Origin: Phoronis australis
Lineage: Eukaryota > Animalia > Phoronida
Direction of reading: 5' to 3'
DNA length: 64,000 nt
Assembly (NCBI GenBank): GCA_002633005.1
Contig: NMRA01000657.1
Coordinates: forward strand, 142,715-206,714
The notes under the pieces: model-generated
The model's database searches: none
Seen by the model: only the letters and a program-made list of their open reading frames with translations
What the model was told of the DNA's origin: nothing
Position numbers and translations under genes: made by a program
Part shown: in pieces, positions 63,189 to 64,000 of the stretch
How the letters are laid out: every line of letters begins with the position of its first letter
How positions within the stretch are numbered: the stretch's first letter is position 1

Positions 63189-64000
63189 GTATTTAGTTTC
63201 ATCTGACCCAATATGCACGCGGTGATACGTGAGGAAGACAGCTCTTGTGAATAGAGCGCTGGACCCAGCATTTGTAAAGGAAAAGGCAGTAACAAAAAGA
63301 AAACAACTCAAAATTCTTATCGAAAGACGCGCGCATATTACTAGGTGGCGATATCTCTCCGCTGCTTTCAACCTCGTTCAAGTGTCGTGGCTTTTAGTGA
63401 ATTTCGTAACGAAGAGCGGTATTCTTGATAAAAATCATCTTTGTTGCCACATTTCAGACGCATTCGTTGATCACTAGACCATTTGGTTGAGTGCTTCCAT
63501 AGACATGTTTTGTCTAATAATAATACTGACTCCAGTATTCGAGGTGAAGTAGTCGAATACAATTTATAAAAAGCACCCGACGTCTTTGATGACTTCAACA
63601 TTGAGTAGGTTCCAAATGAAGTAGGCACGTGTTATCCCAATGTGGCGCCATTATTTTTGTTTTGTTTTGCTTTAACACTTCATGAGAAAATGGAAAACCC
63701 AGTCATTCGGCGTGTATTTGTTTACGCAACCTATAAATGATTAAAGGTTGAGCGAGTTAATCCACTGCACTTGTAGAAATGTCACTGATCCGTTACAAAA
63801 ATGCATTCAGTCAATTGCACACGTTGTCGATGTTAACCGTGCACACTTACAACTTTATCACGGAGCGCTATCAAGGCCTTCAAAAAATTCGCTCTCAAAC
63901 TAACCTCCGCAAGAACTCACACAACATAAACGCATGAACTGTTTATAGGCGTGGTGAAGATTCTTGAAGAGCTTGGTAAAAGTTTCTCGGAAAGTGCCTG

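Noticed and set aside
62993-63628. Possible Crypton- or KolX-like coding remnants at the window end
   Set aside because: Resemblance is too weak, and part of the ORF overlaps the Helentron 3' terminus

Overview
Intron-rich, AT-rich animal genomic DNA, probably a marine lophotrochozoan invertebrate (inferred from the astacin style and repeat families; species not identifiable). No prokaryotic features. Two protein-coding genes are supported, both on the minus strand. The first is an 11-exon secreted astacin (M12A) zinc metalloprotease at 27004->2930: signal peptide, prodomain, HEIGHAVGFHHE catalytic domain, Cys-rich EGF-like module, poly-Gly linkers and three ShKT domains. The second is a single-coding-exon 435-aa class A GPCR (FMRFamide/sex-peptide-receptor-like) at 42593->41286. 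The rest is a dense mosaic of DNA-transposon derivatives: Kolobok-type elements with THAP and P2X7-C-terminal-like remnants, Sola3, EnSpm/CACTA, Academ, Harbinger and hAT MITEs, foldbacks, a Penelope GIY-YIG fragment and two non-autonomous Helentrons (HINE/DINE-1-like). Most notable: one Helentron carries about 11 co-oriented CTCF-consensus motifs at ~145-bp spacing, and the other carries an array of nuclear-receptor DR1 motifs. A ~2-kb near-identical duplication containing astacin exon 3 looks like two haplotypes that differ by a Sola3 insertion. All calls were made by eye; family assignments of decayed elements are provisional.
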